Shown here: positions 1 through 12,700 of the stretch, in pieces | Layout of the letters: every line of letters starts with the position of its first letter | Position numbering within the stretch: position 1 is the first letter of the stretch | Source of the DNA: Porphyridium purpureum | Lineage: Eukaryota | DNA: 64,000 nt | Assembly: GCA_008690995.1 (NCBI GenBank) | Contig: VRMN01000010.1 | Span: 682,001-746,000, forward strand | Reading direction: 5' to 3' | Position numbers and translations under genes: made by a program | The notes under the pieces: model-generated | The model's database searches: none | Told to the model about the DNA's origin: nothing | What the model saw: the letters and a program-made list of their open reading frames with translations, nothing else

Positions 1-1389
1 CAAAGCCCCCGGTATCTTTTCGGCCTCTCTCTTTTCCATCACCTGTGTGGGTTCCCAAGTCTTAAATCTCTTGATAGTCTCTAATTCACGATGTCGCGCG
101 CTTATAGCTTCCTTCGAGGCCAACATGTCGGGGTCGATAACCAACTGCGTCAGGAAGCACAGATCCGCACGATAGCGCGTCGGCATTCGAATATCACGCC
201 CGCTCCTTGTCGACTTTATGAAAGCAGACGGTGTTTCAGTTTGCCACCCGCGAACTCGATTGCGGACAATGCCCAGAGAATCGTCTTGCGGCGTCGACGG
301 GGCTGGCACACCTCCGCTTTCCACGGTCGCGATAGAGCTCTCCGTCGAGGCCTCTTCGTCGTCAAGAGGGATATCCTGGTCTTCGTCCTCACAGTCGACT
401 TGCCCCATCGTTGTCTGCATAGGGTCTCCATTTTCGCTTACAACTCGAACATTTGTACTCACTACTATGCCCTCATTTAATTGCACCCTGTATACATGTG
501 GTCTTGTTCCATACCCAACGATGCGTCCTGCCTTGCCTTGTGGATCCAACTTTTCCGCTTGCGTGTCCAGCACTATGCACTTCGCACCAAACACGTTCAG
601 GTGGCTAACATCTGGCCGCCTTCCGAAGAACGCCTGCCACGGAGTGCACGTCAGGTCATCTACAGCTGTCCTGTTGCGCGCATGATTCACAGCCAGAAGA
701 GCTTCATTCCAAAGTTGTTTTCCCATGCCCGATGCCCGCAAAACTGTTCTTAGTTTTTCGAGCAGGGTCCGGTTCAGCCGTTCCGCACGCCCGTTCATTT
801 GCGGCGTATACGGTGGCGCAAGCTCGTGCGCAATACCGTTGTCTGCAAACCATTCTTCCATCTTCCTTGACACGAACTCGCCTCCATTGTCGGAACGGAT
901 GCGTCTCACCTTTCGCCCCGATTGCCTCTCTAAATATTTGAGTGTCCTTGTAAGTACGGCGAAAGACTCATCCTTGTTCTTAATGGGTTGCGCGACAGAA
1001 AGACGCGTGGCATCATCGTATAAAGTGACGAAGTATCTGGATCCATCATGCGCGGGGGGACTTATGGGCCAGCATATGTCAGTGTGGATTAAATCCAAGG
1101 GGGCTTGTGCGCAGGTATCTGTAGCCGGAAAGACACGCCTCGAATGCTTGAAATCAAGACATGCCGTCCAGCTCTCGTGCATGCTCACTTTTTCTCCGAC
1201 GATTTCAGCGTCCACGCCGTCCACCATACCCAATACCTCTTCCAACATTGACGGGCATGGATGGTAAAATCGTCAGTGCCACAATCAGTGCTGGTCCCCA
1301 CTTATCGAGACTACAAATGCCTTCGGCGTCTCCCTGAACCGATAGACGCAGCCGAGTTTGCTCCTAGGCTCCGTCAACAACATGCGACC

Positions 1390-1688
1390 TGTTACCAATG
1401 CTGTGCCTTTTTACTCTCTCTCTTCTCTCCTTACCTCTTCTCTCTCCGAGCAAGACCTGACCGGTTGGTCCGGGCAGGCGCGTCGCCTTTTTATACCCTT
1501 ACTTCCACCAGGGACAGCAAGGCGCCAAGAGAAATGACAATGCAAATCATTGGCATTTCTGCGCGCGTCTAGAAGTTTCCGGAACCTCTAGAAGCTTCTA
1601 GAAACGGTTAAACGGTCTACCGATTTAACGGCTTACCGGTTTCGGATTAACCGGACCGTTCTAGGTGACTGGGGTCGAACAGATAACA
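1390..1688 (-). mobile_element. Solo LTR (299 bp) nested in the copia pol gene
   Basis: Termini TGTTA...TAACA flanked by a 5-bp target-site duplication CGACC (1385-1389 and 1689-1693). Removing it restores the reading frame (SNGGRMLLTEPRSK...). TATAAAAA on the minus strand at 1495-1488. Confidence 0.9.
1571..1604. promoter_or_regulatory. Two heat-shock elements (nGAAn inverted pentamer triplets) in the solo LTR
   Basis: aGAAg-tTTCc-gGAAc (1571-1585) and aGAAg-cTTCt-aGAAa (1590-1604), about 75-110 bp upstream of the LTR TATA box. Confidence 0.75.
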
Positions 1689-2899
1689 CGACCGCCGTTG
1701 CTTGTTACGCACGCGTCCTCGATGAAGGATACCTTGGCTCCGCTTGCCACAACTTGCCGCACCAAGAGCAGGCTTTCCTCCAAATCTTTCACGTAGCGCC
1801 CTGTCCACGCATACACCCTCTCCGAGGATGACGAACGCTTCCATGCTCGCGGTTGAACGCCTGCCCTCAGCAACGAGAATGTTTCTCTCGCAACGAGCCG
1901 TCCGACAAAGAAGCTCCAGGTTAGGAGTCCTGTGAGACGTTGCGCCGCTATCCAGGATAAAACCGCACCGTCTCGCTTGCTCGTCGAGACGAAAGGCGTC
2001 AGTAAAATTTCTCGCCCTGAACATTATCGTGGCCGCCGTTTCCTCAGGTACTCTCCCAGACTGTGCCATTCTGCCGGCGCATGCACCCTCGTACGAACGC
2101 GTGACGGCCACTCGGCAAGAACAATCTCTCTGTTGCGGCTTTTAATTGCAGCATCTGGCCCAAGACCCAGCCGCGCGTGAGACGGGCCATGCACAGAGCT
2201 GGAGGGCGCACCGATGATTGGCGGATGCGGGCATTCGCGAATCAAATGGTCTTCGGACCGACAGCGAAAACATGTCAAACGTCGACGATGACGACGCGGC
2301 TGCCGCGATGGAGCCATCAAGGCTACGCCACTTCCGTGCTCTCCAGCCGAACGTGGCTCACTCTTCAGGTTGATCCACACTTCTGCCAAAATCAAGGAAG
2401 GTAAAATGTTCTTCAAGGCCTGAGCGCCGCCGGCCAATGCCATGTGCTCCGCAATCGCATATTCTCCTTGGAGTCCAGCAAAAAGGGCTTGATTCATTTC
2501 CTGCGCGTCGATGGAAATCCCGGCTACAATGAATTCTTTCCGAATGCGCACGGCTTCCTCAACGTACTCATTTATAGCCTGACCGGTTTTCAGTTTCATG
2601 GCGTGAAGCTCTCGCCCCAAAGATGCCCGACGCGCAGCCCCGCTCATTTGGAAGACTGATTGTAATACGTTCCAGGCATCTCTCGCCGACTCAATGTGCG
2701 CAATAAGCGATACCAACGCTGACTGAACAGCACAGCCAATGAGGCCCAGTGCGTTCATGTTCTCTGTAACTGAAGTGGAATTTTCCACGCCTTCGGCCAG
2801 GGGAACGACAGCGCTCCACACCTGCTTCTGTCGCGAACGACCTGATGCAGGTCTCAGTACAGCGATTCGGTTTACCAGGCGATCAGCATCACGATTTAA

Positions 2900-3101
2900 T
2901 GTTAGCTCTACGCCTTCTGACACTGCTTCTATTTCGCTTCCTTGCTGCGCCTTCGTTCATTTGCTCCGCCCGCCTTTTTATGCTTATCGTCCACACGGGA
3001 GACGTGTCGTCTGAAACCGTGCGATCTGAAACCGCGCTTCGTGGAATCGTGCACTTTGAAATCCTGTCGCTTGAAGTGGAGTGGGTTGTCGAATTCCAAC
3101 A
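2900..3101 (-). mobile_element. LTR-like segment upstream of the copia gag
   Basis: TGTT...AACA termini; reads TGTTGGAA on the minus strand and has a CATAAAAA TATA-like box. No matching TSD and no clear PBS. Confidence 0.45.
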
Positions 3102-3231
3102 AGTATAGCCGTTCTCCGCAGCGAAGCGTTGGGACAAGCCTTTGTAACAAATGCGCAAGCCGTTGAGTCTCGGTGGCTGAGGAGATTCGACACTTGGATT
3201 CATAGCAAGTATTCTTTCAATCCAAGAGGAT

Positions 3232-4660
3232 ATGCCCTGCAGATATATTCGTAAACCCGCACTTCGTGTATGCCATGAAACATGCGGAGTGCGACCGGGC
3301 GACAGGACTTTTCAGATTCTAATAATGGCTTCGGACAACAACTTGCGAAATACGAGAGACAAGCTGACTCACCAAGACATGCCGTATGCCGCTCCGGTAA
3401 GCTTGGCATCGCTTCGTGCTACCATGGCGCACTCGGCTAATGGTGGGCATTGCGTAGCAAAGCTGGACGTTGCGTCGGCCTATTTCCAAGTATGTCTTGA
3501 GGGGCCGCCAGTATTTGTTCGATTACCCAAGGAACTGGACGAGCCATGTGATGCACTGTACTACTTAGAGAAAGCATTATATGCACTCGAGCGGTGGGGC
3601 GCAGTATTTAAAGCGAAAACGTCGACAAAATGCACATGCAAGGATGACATGTCGCCCAGTCTTTTTTTGTGCGGGACGACACTACACTATTAGCGTACGT
3701 GGATGATTTTCAGTTGATTCAAAAGCGGGAGAGTGTGCAGCGCGCATAGTGCCATTTATGAAGTTTGTGCGAGGTCAGCGAATGGACCCGTCTTCTTTTG
3801 AGAGCGTGCACCTCTCTGGTTCTTCAACATACCTCTGCGATTGATCGCATATTGCGTCGATATAGACCACACGTAGTACGAGCGTTATGCTTCGTGGAAT
3901 GCCCCAACGAGATTTTCTTGGAAGAAGAGACCGAAAGCGACCGGCTTTGAGTTGCGTGGAGAAAAGCATACAAAACCTTCTGAAGATGAAAAACGAGCGC
4001 AGAAGGTAAACGGAGCCGTTATCTGATATTTTCGCGTATTTCAGATGGAAGCTGCCTACGCAACGGCCCAAAAGACATGTCTTGTCGAAAGCTGGGCGCC
4101 TGGCTCGTGTCGTTTACTTGATAGTCTCAAAAGGTACGTGATGTACAATCCGCGCAGGAAGCTTCAGTATCCTCGGCAGCAAGTGGTTTATAGTGTTTGC
4201 CAGGCCATTACGTTCAGTGATTCAGATTCTGCTGATGAGTCTGCCGCTACAGGGCACATGACAAGCGAGGCTGTATGCTTTCATCCAGACAGGAAGTGTG
4301 ATTGATTTTGTGGACCGGGCGAGTGGCCTCTAGCGAGCTGTGTCTTTGAGCTCAGCATGGGCAGAGCTCGTGGCGCTGGCGTCAGCGTGCAGGAGATCAT
4401 TTGCCGTCCTTGAATGTTTGCCTCAAGGTGCAAAGATCGCTGTCCATTTGGAAAGCTCGGCAGTTCTGTGCGTTGTGCGCCGCGGGTGTTCGACAAACTT
4501 CGCGCATGCGCGCAGGACGCAGCGGGTCATTTTCGTGAGACTCTACGAGCTGCATGAGCATCAAAGATTTTTCTTCACGTGGGCTTTTTCTGGGGGGAAT
4601 ACCTCAGACACGTTCACAGAGAATAAGGGCCTATCCGACTTTGAGCAAACCATAATGCAA
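3232..4660 (+). pseudogene. Degenerate copia-type reverse transcriptase/RNase H
   Basis: KLDVASAYFQ...VFVRLP...LEKALY, LAYVDDF (about 3690-3710), FSDSD, SLSSAWAELVAL and NTSDTFT motifs spread across frames with stops. Confidence 0.8.
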
Positions 4661-4743
4661 TTGGAAACCGAACGGGTCAGTACCAACGAGCTACGAGGGA
4701 CAGCGAGCCCGGCTCCAATGCGGGTGCCACGATTTGGGGAGGG

Positions 4744-5329
4744 TGCCCCAAGCGCCCGCTCGTGTCCCAGACCCCCCAAGCGTTCAAAACCAGCTTCTTT
4801 TCTCTCTCTCTCTCATCCTACTTTTCTTCTCAATCTAATCCCCGCCGTAAAGCGGCGGAGCTTAAATACCCTACAACTAGACCCTGGAGCGAACCGGACC
4901 GCCCAGTTATTTCGAGGGCCCATGCACTATACGAATTGTCACAGTACCCATTAGAATACGCCTTAAACTTTGACAAAAAAGAGTATAAAAGCAATTAAAA
5001 AGCGATAGGCAGACCAATGAGGGTGGATCGATAAAAGGGCTCTGTAAGAGGGTTGAACCGCTGAGAGTTGCCGGTTTAATGGTCCGGTGCTTCATGCGCA
5101 CGAGCGCGCATGGGCAGCAAGGACGGAGCCGTCCTCGTGTCACGATTTTAGTGTTACCTTCATCGTCCGCACGTATCGCAGACACTAAGCTTCCAAACCC
5201 AACTTTTCTCCACTCTTTCACCTCCTTTTCGCCTCTTTCTCTAATCTTCGCCTTGAAGCGGCACGGGCTCAATACCCTGCCATTTAGTCAAACTAACCGG
5301 ACCGCCCACTTATTCTGCTGGCCCATGCA
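4744..5329 (+). repeat. Two diverged direct repeats, probably LTR copies (about 4744-4926 and about 5190-5329)
   Basis: Shared pyrimidine tract, AATACCCT and AACCGGACCGCCCA.TTATT...GGCCCATGCAC ends. The first copy starts with TG straight after the purine tract GGGGAGGG (4736-4743) that follows the RNase H remnant. Confidence 0.55.
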
Positions 5330-5575
5330 CGAAAGTGCGAATAAGATGGAAAAGGCACTGTCAAAGACTTCAGAAAAAATGGCTAATGATAGTAAATTTG
5401 GATCTTTTGGTATGAAAGCACTACCGCGGAGCATGTCTGAAAAGCTTTTGAAGGGACTTGTGGTTCAAAACGGATACAGGACACTGCGTGAAAGCAAAAT
5501 ATCTTCGAAGCTGGCGGTTCAGTACAAGCGGAGAAGTACGGACTCACCGGGGCTCGAAGAACTTCATTTGACGCC

Positions 5576-6560
5576 ATGGGGTGCAATATTGGCCTTTCGG
5601 GCGAAGAGAAAGGACGTATTCACGGTCTCCCAGAGTCAGGCAACAGCATGAGAGCCATTGCGACCAGACTTGGGCGCTCTAAGAAGATGGTTTTCCGCTA
5701 TTTGTCTGCTCCAAATGACTACGGCCAGATGTCTGCCAATGCGAACGCGTTTAAAGCTCACTGAGGCGGTCAAAACGAAGATTTTTAACATCGCTAAGCT
5801 TCCGACCATTCACACGGCTCGTCAGCTTCAAGCAGCTCTGCGAATTCGTGGAGCTAAACCAAGCCAAAGTTTGACCACAATCAGGAAGGCCATGAGTGTC
5901 ACGCATGGATGCCGCAAAATTCAAGCTTGTCCGCCACTGACACTCAATCGCAAGCTCAAGAGACTGGCCTGGGCCGGGCACCATCAGCTGGAACATACGA
6001 ATTGGGCCGCAATTGTGTTCACTGACGAAAAGAAGTTCAACCTGGACGGACCAGATATTTTCAACAAGACGTGGCTTGAGCGTGCGGCGGACGTTCCAAA
6101 CGTTTGGTCGCGACATTCTGGCGGCGGTGGATGCATGGTTTGGGGTGCAATTTCTGAAAGAGGAAAGATTCACCTTCATTTTATTGAGGGGTCATTTACG
6201 GCTGCAAAATATATTTCCATGCTTCGATAGGACAATGTGCTGGACCGCTGCCGTCAGGTGGGCCCGAACACGGTTTTCAGCAGAATAACACGCCAGTGCA
6301 CACAAGTCGCCTGGTTAAGAATTTCATGAATGACGAGAATGTGGAGCTTCTAGACTGGCCAGCGTACTTGCCGGAATTCAATATCATCGATAATTTGTAA
6401 AGGAATATTAGGACGTAAGGTTTATGCGGGTGCAAAGCAGTATCAGACGGTGCTAGAGCTCAAGAATGCCATTTTACTGGCTTGAGAGACCTTGGACCAG
6501 CCTGTACTGGCCAATTTGTACGCGTCGCTGCCGAAACGAATATTCGACTGTGCGTAATTT
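5576..6560 (+). mobile_element. Tc1/mariner (Tc3-like) transposase pseudogene
   Basis: HTH (SMRAIATRLGRSKKMVFRYL), IVFTDEKKFNLDGPD, GGGGCMVWGAIS, FQQNNTPVHTS and LDWPAYLPEFNIIDNL motifs. Frameshifts, stops and mutated catalytic residues; TIRs not identified. Confidence 0.9.
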
Positions 6561-6749
6561 CGAGGCGCGTACGTGCAAGGAAACCGCGACCAAGTGAGAT
6601 TCTTTATAGCTGAGTAATGGTCAAACATGCGCGTTGTCCCTCTTCCGTTTTGACCTTCCCAAATTCCGCCTTCATCGGACCTCTATCCTTTCTGTAGTGG
6701 GATAAATCATCCCTATTAGTAAAACTTAGAAAAGGTTCTCCAATCCGTT

Positions 6750-7330
6750 CCGTGGCGTTTTTTTGTACAGACGCCACGTCCAACTTCTTGAAGATGAAAA
6801 CTTTGGCCGGCCTTGGTGGAGATGCGATGATGATGAGGGAGAGGGGCGGGAAAGAACGCAAGAGGTGTGAGCGGCAAGAAGTGCCAGGAAGTCTTGATGC
6901 AGAGAAAAGAATCGGATACCCAAGGTGCATATATATGGGTGGCCTTGAAGAAGAAGCGGTGCGGGTGAGACATGGAATGTGGTAGGAGTGGCGAGGAGCG
7001 TCAGGAAGTCTTTGTCATGGGAGAGAAAAGGCATAGCAAAAACAAAGGGCAAAAACCCGTGCAGGTGCGCACTCTTGGTGGAATGGTCAGGGGCCATGGT
7101 GAAACCAGGCATCCTTTTGGTACACGTCGACGACGTTGGAGATACATGTTCAGACACGGGGTAGAATCGACGCCTGCGTCAGGAATCGCAATCGAGAAAA
7201 GGAGGGGGCAGACCATGCGGAGCAGCAGGATGCATCGTCCTCCTATCGGTGCCCGTTAAGCTCAAGAGATCTTCACACTTGAGGGGGGATTCTCGTTCGA
7301 GACCATATCCGACATTTTTCAGCCTCACCG
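6750..7330 (+). pseudogene. Highly decayed copia-like RT fragment
   Basis: Weak motif traces in the right order: CTDATSNFL, LKKKRCG*, ILLVHVDD, SRPYPTF. Confidence 0.35.
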
Positions 7331-9258
7331 CGCGGCCAAAAGAAATCTCTCTCGCGAGCAGCCATGTCCTTCTCGACTGTGACACCCGTGTATGGCACCG
7401 GACGCGCGGATCAAAGAATTTATTCGCCACCTTGTACACCGTCGGAGGGACAAGGGCAGTCGCCACGCCATATGGAAGTCAATCCAGCGGCGACACACGC
7501 AAACGTGAATTTGTGGAGTTGCAAGAGGCGCCGATCATACAGCCGCCGGTGGACGAGCTTGACGGAATGCAGAGACGCGCCTGGTATTTCATCCGAAGAT
7601 GGCGGCCCCGAGAAGAACTCTTTGAATGAAGGCGATAGCGACAAGCACACGTCTTACGATATTATGAGCCCCCGCCAATTTCACAGTGGAAAACGATCAG
7701 GGTCAAGAACTTGTAGTGTCAATATAATTGGTTGGATTCTTGCTATAAGCGCCTAGAGAGCTCGGCTGGTTAAGCCTTTTTCGATATAGAACGACTCTGC
7801 GATGATATGCATCAGCTGCAAATGATCGTGGGACCTGATCAAGAGTATGTCCGCGCTACGGAGAAGATTATCGAACCGATTCAATTCAGGGTCGAATAGA
7901 ACCTTTTTACCTCTCACGGTCGATCAGTTATTGTACCGTTGCCAGCAATCGTTGCGGCTTTTGGCGATTGTCACGTGCTCGCACTCATGCTCGAGAAATT
8001 GTATTTTGCGGATGACAACAGCAGGGAAAGTTTCACTCAAAGTTAAGTTGAAGTTCCAGAAGGTTCACTTCGTGCAATTTTCCCTCTGATGGATGAGCTG
8101 GGAGTGTCTGCAGTGCAGATCCGCCAAACAAAGTCGACACTGATGGGATCGGTCAAAAGTTGTGGCGAGACTTCGTCAGTTGTCGCGAATTAGAAGATTG
8201 GAAGGAAATGCAGAAGAAGTTTGATCAATTTGTCTGAAGAATGGGAAAAGTCTTTCCTCGAAATTGATGACGGTCCGAATTGGTAGAGTGCCGCTTCAAA
8301 ACAATCCCGCGTCAGTATGAAGTTTGCGGTCTTAATGTGATTATTTAGTATACAAGTAGGCAGCTCGTGTGTAAATGGCGAAAAAGCTCCTGGAAAAACT
8401 CTTGGAAAATTGTCTTTCTGTGCAATCAGAAAACATACAGTACTTTTCTCTTGTCCGTACTATTTTTGGAAACGCTTTTACAGTAAGTGGCGGAGAAATG
8501 CCTGGAAAAGCCGTGGAATTTTAGGGCTTCGAGGACGAAAACCTAGAGGGTTCTAGGATGAAACATTGCTCGAGAAGCTTGATGATTTCGGTCGTGAGCA
8601 AGCTTTGACTTTGTCGCTTCGTGTAGGGCTTTGTGCGGTGGTCAACGGCCGGTCGAATTTTCTGGACTCGTTCTTGTAGCGCTGTCCTATCCATTTTTTG
8701 CATACAAGGCCGGCTTTGGTAGCAACTTGCGGAACGAATCAAAACCGGTGGTGGAAATTCCTGTTGAAGAAATTCGCTCTCCTTTCCTTGCTGGACAGAG
8801 CAAGGGCGAAAGGGCAGGCTGGTTCTCAGGAATTTCCAGGTCAGGGTGGAAGAAGATTTAAGGGCGAAGAGAACAGAAGGAGATTTTGGATGGTTGGATT
8901 AAATCAGTCGTTGGAAGGCTTAGGTTGGATTTGCGGCAGAGGCACGCTAGCGTGTTCTGCGATCGGATATCGGTCTGGAGTGTTTTTAAATAGGCAGTTG
9001 GGCTTTAAACGTACCTTTCATCACCCTTCACTTGTCAAGACCAATCGAGTCCCTCCCTTTGTCCCCTATAAGTTGAATCGTCCTCTCTTGCTTTCTAGCC
9101 ACTTTTCTCTTATTGTTCTGCGTGTCCTTCCGTTCGTTTCGTTGCGTCGGTTCGTCGGTTCGTCAGTTTCCGGGGTGTGGCGGTTTCCAGTTTCTTTTGT
9201 CGGTAAAGCGGTCCGGTTCTGTTGATTCGGTTCAAAGCAGAAAGTGAGAATTTCCGAG

Positions 9259-11580
9259 TGGTATCATCGCACGGTTGTTTGGAGAAAATGGAAAGCCTTG
9301 AAATGGAAATGAATTTTACGCAGGAGAATTCGGCATGGGTTGAGGCAGCGAATCAGCTGCATGCGCGCATTGCAGGATATAAAATGATGATGGCACAAGT
9401 GCAGGAAGCGAATCGTCACCTGCATGAAATGATGCAAGTTTTGTTGCGCCAGCAGACCGTGGTGTCTGGGTCTGGTGATAATGATCGTGCCGTGGGCACG
9501 TTGATTGGGCGCAGTTTGAGAAAGTTTGATGGTCAGCGTGACAAGCTCGTTGTCAATGAATGGCTGATGCGAATGAAGAGCGACCTGGATATCTGCATGC
9601 CCGCAGGTGCTTTGGACTCGCAGAAAGTGATTGTTGCAAGTCGCTTTTTCGAGAGGGACGCAGCGTTGCTTTGGGCAGCGCGTCCGGAGAAGCAGAGAAG
9701 GGGCCTTGCGGACGCCGGATAGGATGCATTCGCAAACTTTGTGCGCACAGCGCTTGGGCCGTCGCAGGCTCATTTGTCAGCGCGTACCATTCTGTATCAG
9801 TTGACACAAGGAAAGATGATGGTCGAATAATTTGACCTGAATTTTAGGATGACAGCGTTATCAGTTGAAGATGTGACGGATGCAGAACTGAACACTATCT
9901 TCACGCTGGGCTTGAAGGAGAAACTGCGTATTGAGGTGGCCCGTCAGGACACAAGGCTCTTGGAAGAATCACTGAAAGTTGCGTTGGCAGCTGAGCAGGT
10001 TGCAAAGTTCGGAGGAGATATGAGTCAAGTGATCAAGAACTCGTCATCGACTCATAGCAGGGCGTTCTCGTCGCATTCTGGTAGCGCACCAATGGATTTG
10101 GGAGCCATGGACAAGCGAAAGTCAGGCAACACCAAAGTGAAATGTTACCATGGTGGACAACGTGAACACAAGCCCAAAAGCATAAAGTTGAAGGAGCACT
10201 TGGCGGGTGATCCGCCAGAGTCGGAAAACTAAGACCTCGAGAGCTTAGACAGGAGATCTCGAGGGGAATGGAGCCTTCTGTAATAGGTTTTATGGAAGGT
10301 GTTACTCATGTGGACGCGAGGGCAAGACTCTTTTACAAAGATGAGAAAGTGAATGGTTTGAAAGTCAACTTCTTGGTTGACAGCGGAGCGTCGCATATTT
10401 TCCTAGGGACTCGGTTCTTGGACGCAAGCGTGAATTCTGGTGAGAATGAATGCATGGGTGAGCTTGCAGGAGGACAAAGAATGAAGGTGCACGGCCCAAT
10501 TGTGCTTGCTGTAGACCTCGGTTTCTGGAAAGTTAGCGTCGAGTTTTCTATTGATCCTATTCGTATGGATGTCATCTTGGGGTGTAAATGGCTTAAACTG
10601 TGAATTATAAGATTGATTGGCAGGAGGGACTGATGGAAATGAGGCTCGAGGGGAAGAATATATGCACGCTAGAAAATATTGAAGAAGTCGTTCCCGAGCT
10701 TGACGGGAGGAATCAGAGCGTGGCTGCTTCGGAACACGAGTTGACCCACATGCCTACGCGAAGAGATTGTGAGACGTGTGTCCTGGCGAGGAGAAAACGC
10801 CGGCCGGTTCGAAGGCTGGAGAAGGATGTGAGTGCATTGGCATTCAATGATGAAGTCGGAATCGACTTGGTGGAGCCTCGGCGTAACGTGAATTCGGTGG
10901 ATGGTTCAAACTTCAATTTGACGCATATCGACAGAGCCACTGGACGGGTCATATTGGCGGGATTACATGCGAAAATGCACACGGTGGTTGCAAACGCTTG
11001 GAAAAGTGCGCAAGCTGGGAGAGGATGGCCGAAACTTTTGGGAACGGATGATGGCAATGAGTTCAAGGGAGATGTGGGGGGACCGGTGCGTGAACACGTC
11101 ATAAAAACGAAGTGGGAATTCCGTACAGGCCAAACAAGCACGCTGAACAGGAGCGCTTCCACCACACGCTGAATCAGGGAATCCGTGCAAATCTTGTGCA
11201 GACCAGACTTGGGAAGCGTTGGTTCATGCACGCCGCGCAGCATTTTGCGTTCATGACGAATAGACTTCACGTGGGCAGGAAGTCTGGAAAGACGACATTT
11301 GAATTAAGGCACCGAAAAAAACTGGTCACTGGCAAATCTTGCTTTGCCCTTCGTGTGCAAGGTGGTCTACAAAGATGATTAGCCTGACAATAATTATGCA
11401 CCGCGAGGAAAAGTTCGCATTCTCATTGGCGTTGGAGAGCATCCAAACGCAAATTTGGTGCTTCCTCGGGATAAGTGGACAAGTGAGACTCAAAAAGTCT
11501 TTCGCACCCAAGACGGCATGGCGTTTCCTCACGAGTTTGCTTTGCGAGGAATTGGAAGTACGGGTGGAAAGAGTGTGATG
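9259..11580 (+). mobile_element. Degenerate LTR retrotransposon: PBS, gypsy-type gag, gypsy-type protease, copia-type integrase; no RT seen
   Basis: PBS-like TGGTATCATCGC (9259-9270). Gag from ATG 9288 (KFDGQRD...EWL, PMDLG, decayed knuckle KCYHGGQREH). Protease FLVDSGASHIF...DVILGCKWLK/NYKIDW. Integrase HELTHMPTRRDCETC, GIDLV, TDDGNEF, ERFHHTL, WFMHAAQHFAFMTNR, then LPFVCKV...APRGKV. Confidence 0.85.
10223..10264 (+). other. Putative -1 programmed ribosomal frameshift signal (gag to pro)
   Basis: Slippery G_GAA_AAC just before the gag TAA, a 5-nt spacer, then the stem CCTCGAGA (10235-10242)/TCTCGAGG (10257-10264). The -1 frame is open into the protease ORF. Confidence 0.75.
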
Positions 11581-11849
11581 TTTTGATGGCGGTTTTGAAA
11601 ATATCCATGAGGATGGGTTCAGAAAATTATCTTTCCGTACTGGAGTCCGCTCGGCTGGTGGCTATCTTCAGGGAAACACATCCAGACAGATGCATGTGGG
11701 TACATTCAGTGACTAGAGCTACAGCTCGTCTCCTTGGTCAAGTAAGCCAAGTTTGAGCATTAAGTTTTCCCCTTCAAACCATACACACAGTGCAGCTGCT
11801 TAATCAACTATGAGAGTGTACAAATATAACGGTATGCGAATAGTTTAAG

Positions 11850-12700
11850 ACGCATTCTTGGAGGTTCGGGCAACGTTCTGGATCGAGTCAACGGGACCAT
11901 GCCAGCAATGATATTGGCGCCAATCGCCACCACGTCGAGGTAATATGCGAAATCTTCGCTTCGTGCAAGTATCAGGTTGACGTGGTTTCGTGTGCTGGGC
12001 AAGAAAGTGGCGGCTATGACACGCGTCTCGGTGTCCTAGTCACTGGTGCCATGATTATTGCCGGAAGCATCAGTCGATGAAGAGCTCCCGGAGCGGCGAG
12101 TGAGCGTGTATGAGCTTATGTAGCAACCGCACGGGAAGGATTCCGTGGTGGCAGAGAAGCAGCTGGGGACAGTCTAGGCTGCCTTCAAAGAGAAGGTCAG
12201 CGCCGCCCACCAAAAGGTCCATCAGTGCTTCTGTCAGCTGTTCAGGAAAGCCTGGTGAATCTACAAACAATGTAGTGCGTTTCTGACGAATGCTTATGTG
12301 TTCACAGACCAACGCTACGGTCTTGAGCTTTGCCCTGGACACAATACTTGCGCTTCCAGGTAATCAACAAGAGCCGCACGCTCCTTTCCTAGAACACATA
12401 TTCCAAATTTGTTTTCTGTGTGATTCAGTGCGGCGCGTACGGTTGTGGGGAACCACGGCCCGTAAAGCCTGCGACATTTATGAGGCAGTGGGAAACACGA
12501 AGTTTTGAAGCTCGCTTTCTGCTCGAGAAAGGCTGACAACTGTAAGGCTGTCCATGTTACCGAGGAGTAGATTGAGCACCGCGTAGACTGTATAGTCAAG
12601 TTCATGTCCTTTGGTCGGACAAGGCGCTTGTGGACTGGAAGAAGCTCTGGTGTGGCGTGTAGGCTCCGTGACATGGACTGCCGCATGCTGCGCACACTTA
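11850..12700 (-). pseudogene. Possible highly decayed gypsy-type RT/RNase H remnant
   Basis: Traces only: ...VDYLEAQV, ELFI/STDASG, LARSEDFAYYLDVVAIGANIIA. Confidence 0.3.

Larger units (their letters stand above)
1..2923 (-). mobile_element. Degenerate Ty1/copia LTR retrotransposon (gag, protease, integrase, start of RT; runs off the left edge)
   Basis: Minus-strand gag with CCHC knuckle CFRCRSEDHLIREC; protease FILDSGATSH; LWH*RFYHP zinc-finger remnant; integrase core IHTDICWP...RSDNGGEF...TPQMNGRAERLNRTL; RT start ELETIKRFKTWE. In-frame stops and frameshifts; interrupted by a solo LTR. Confidence 0.9.
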
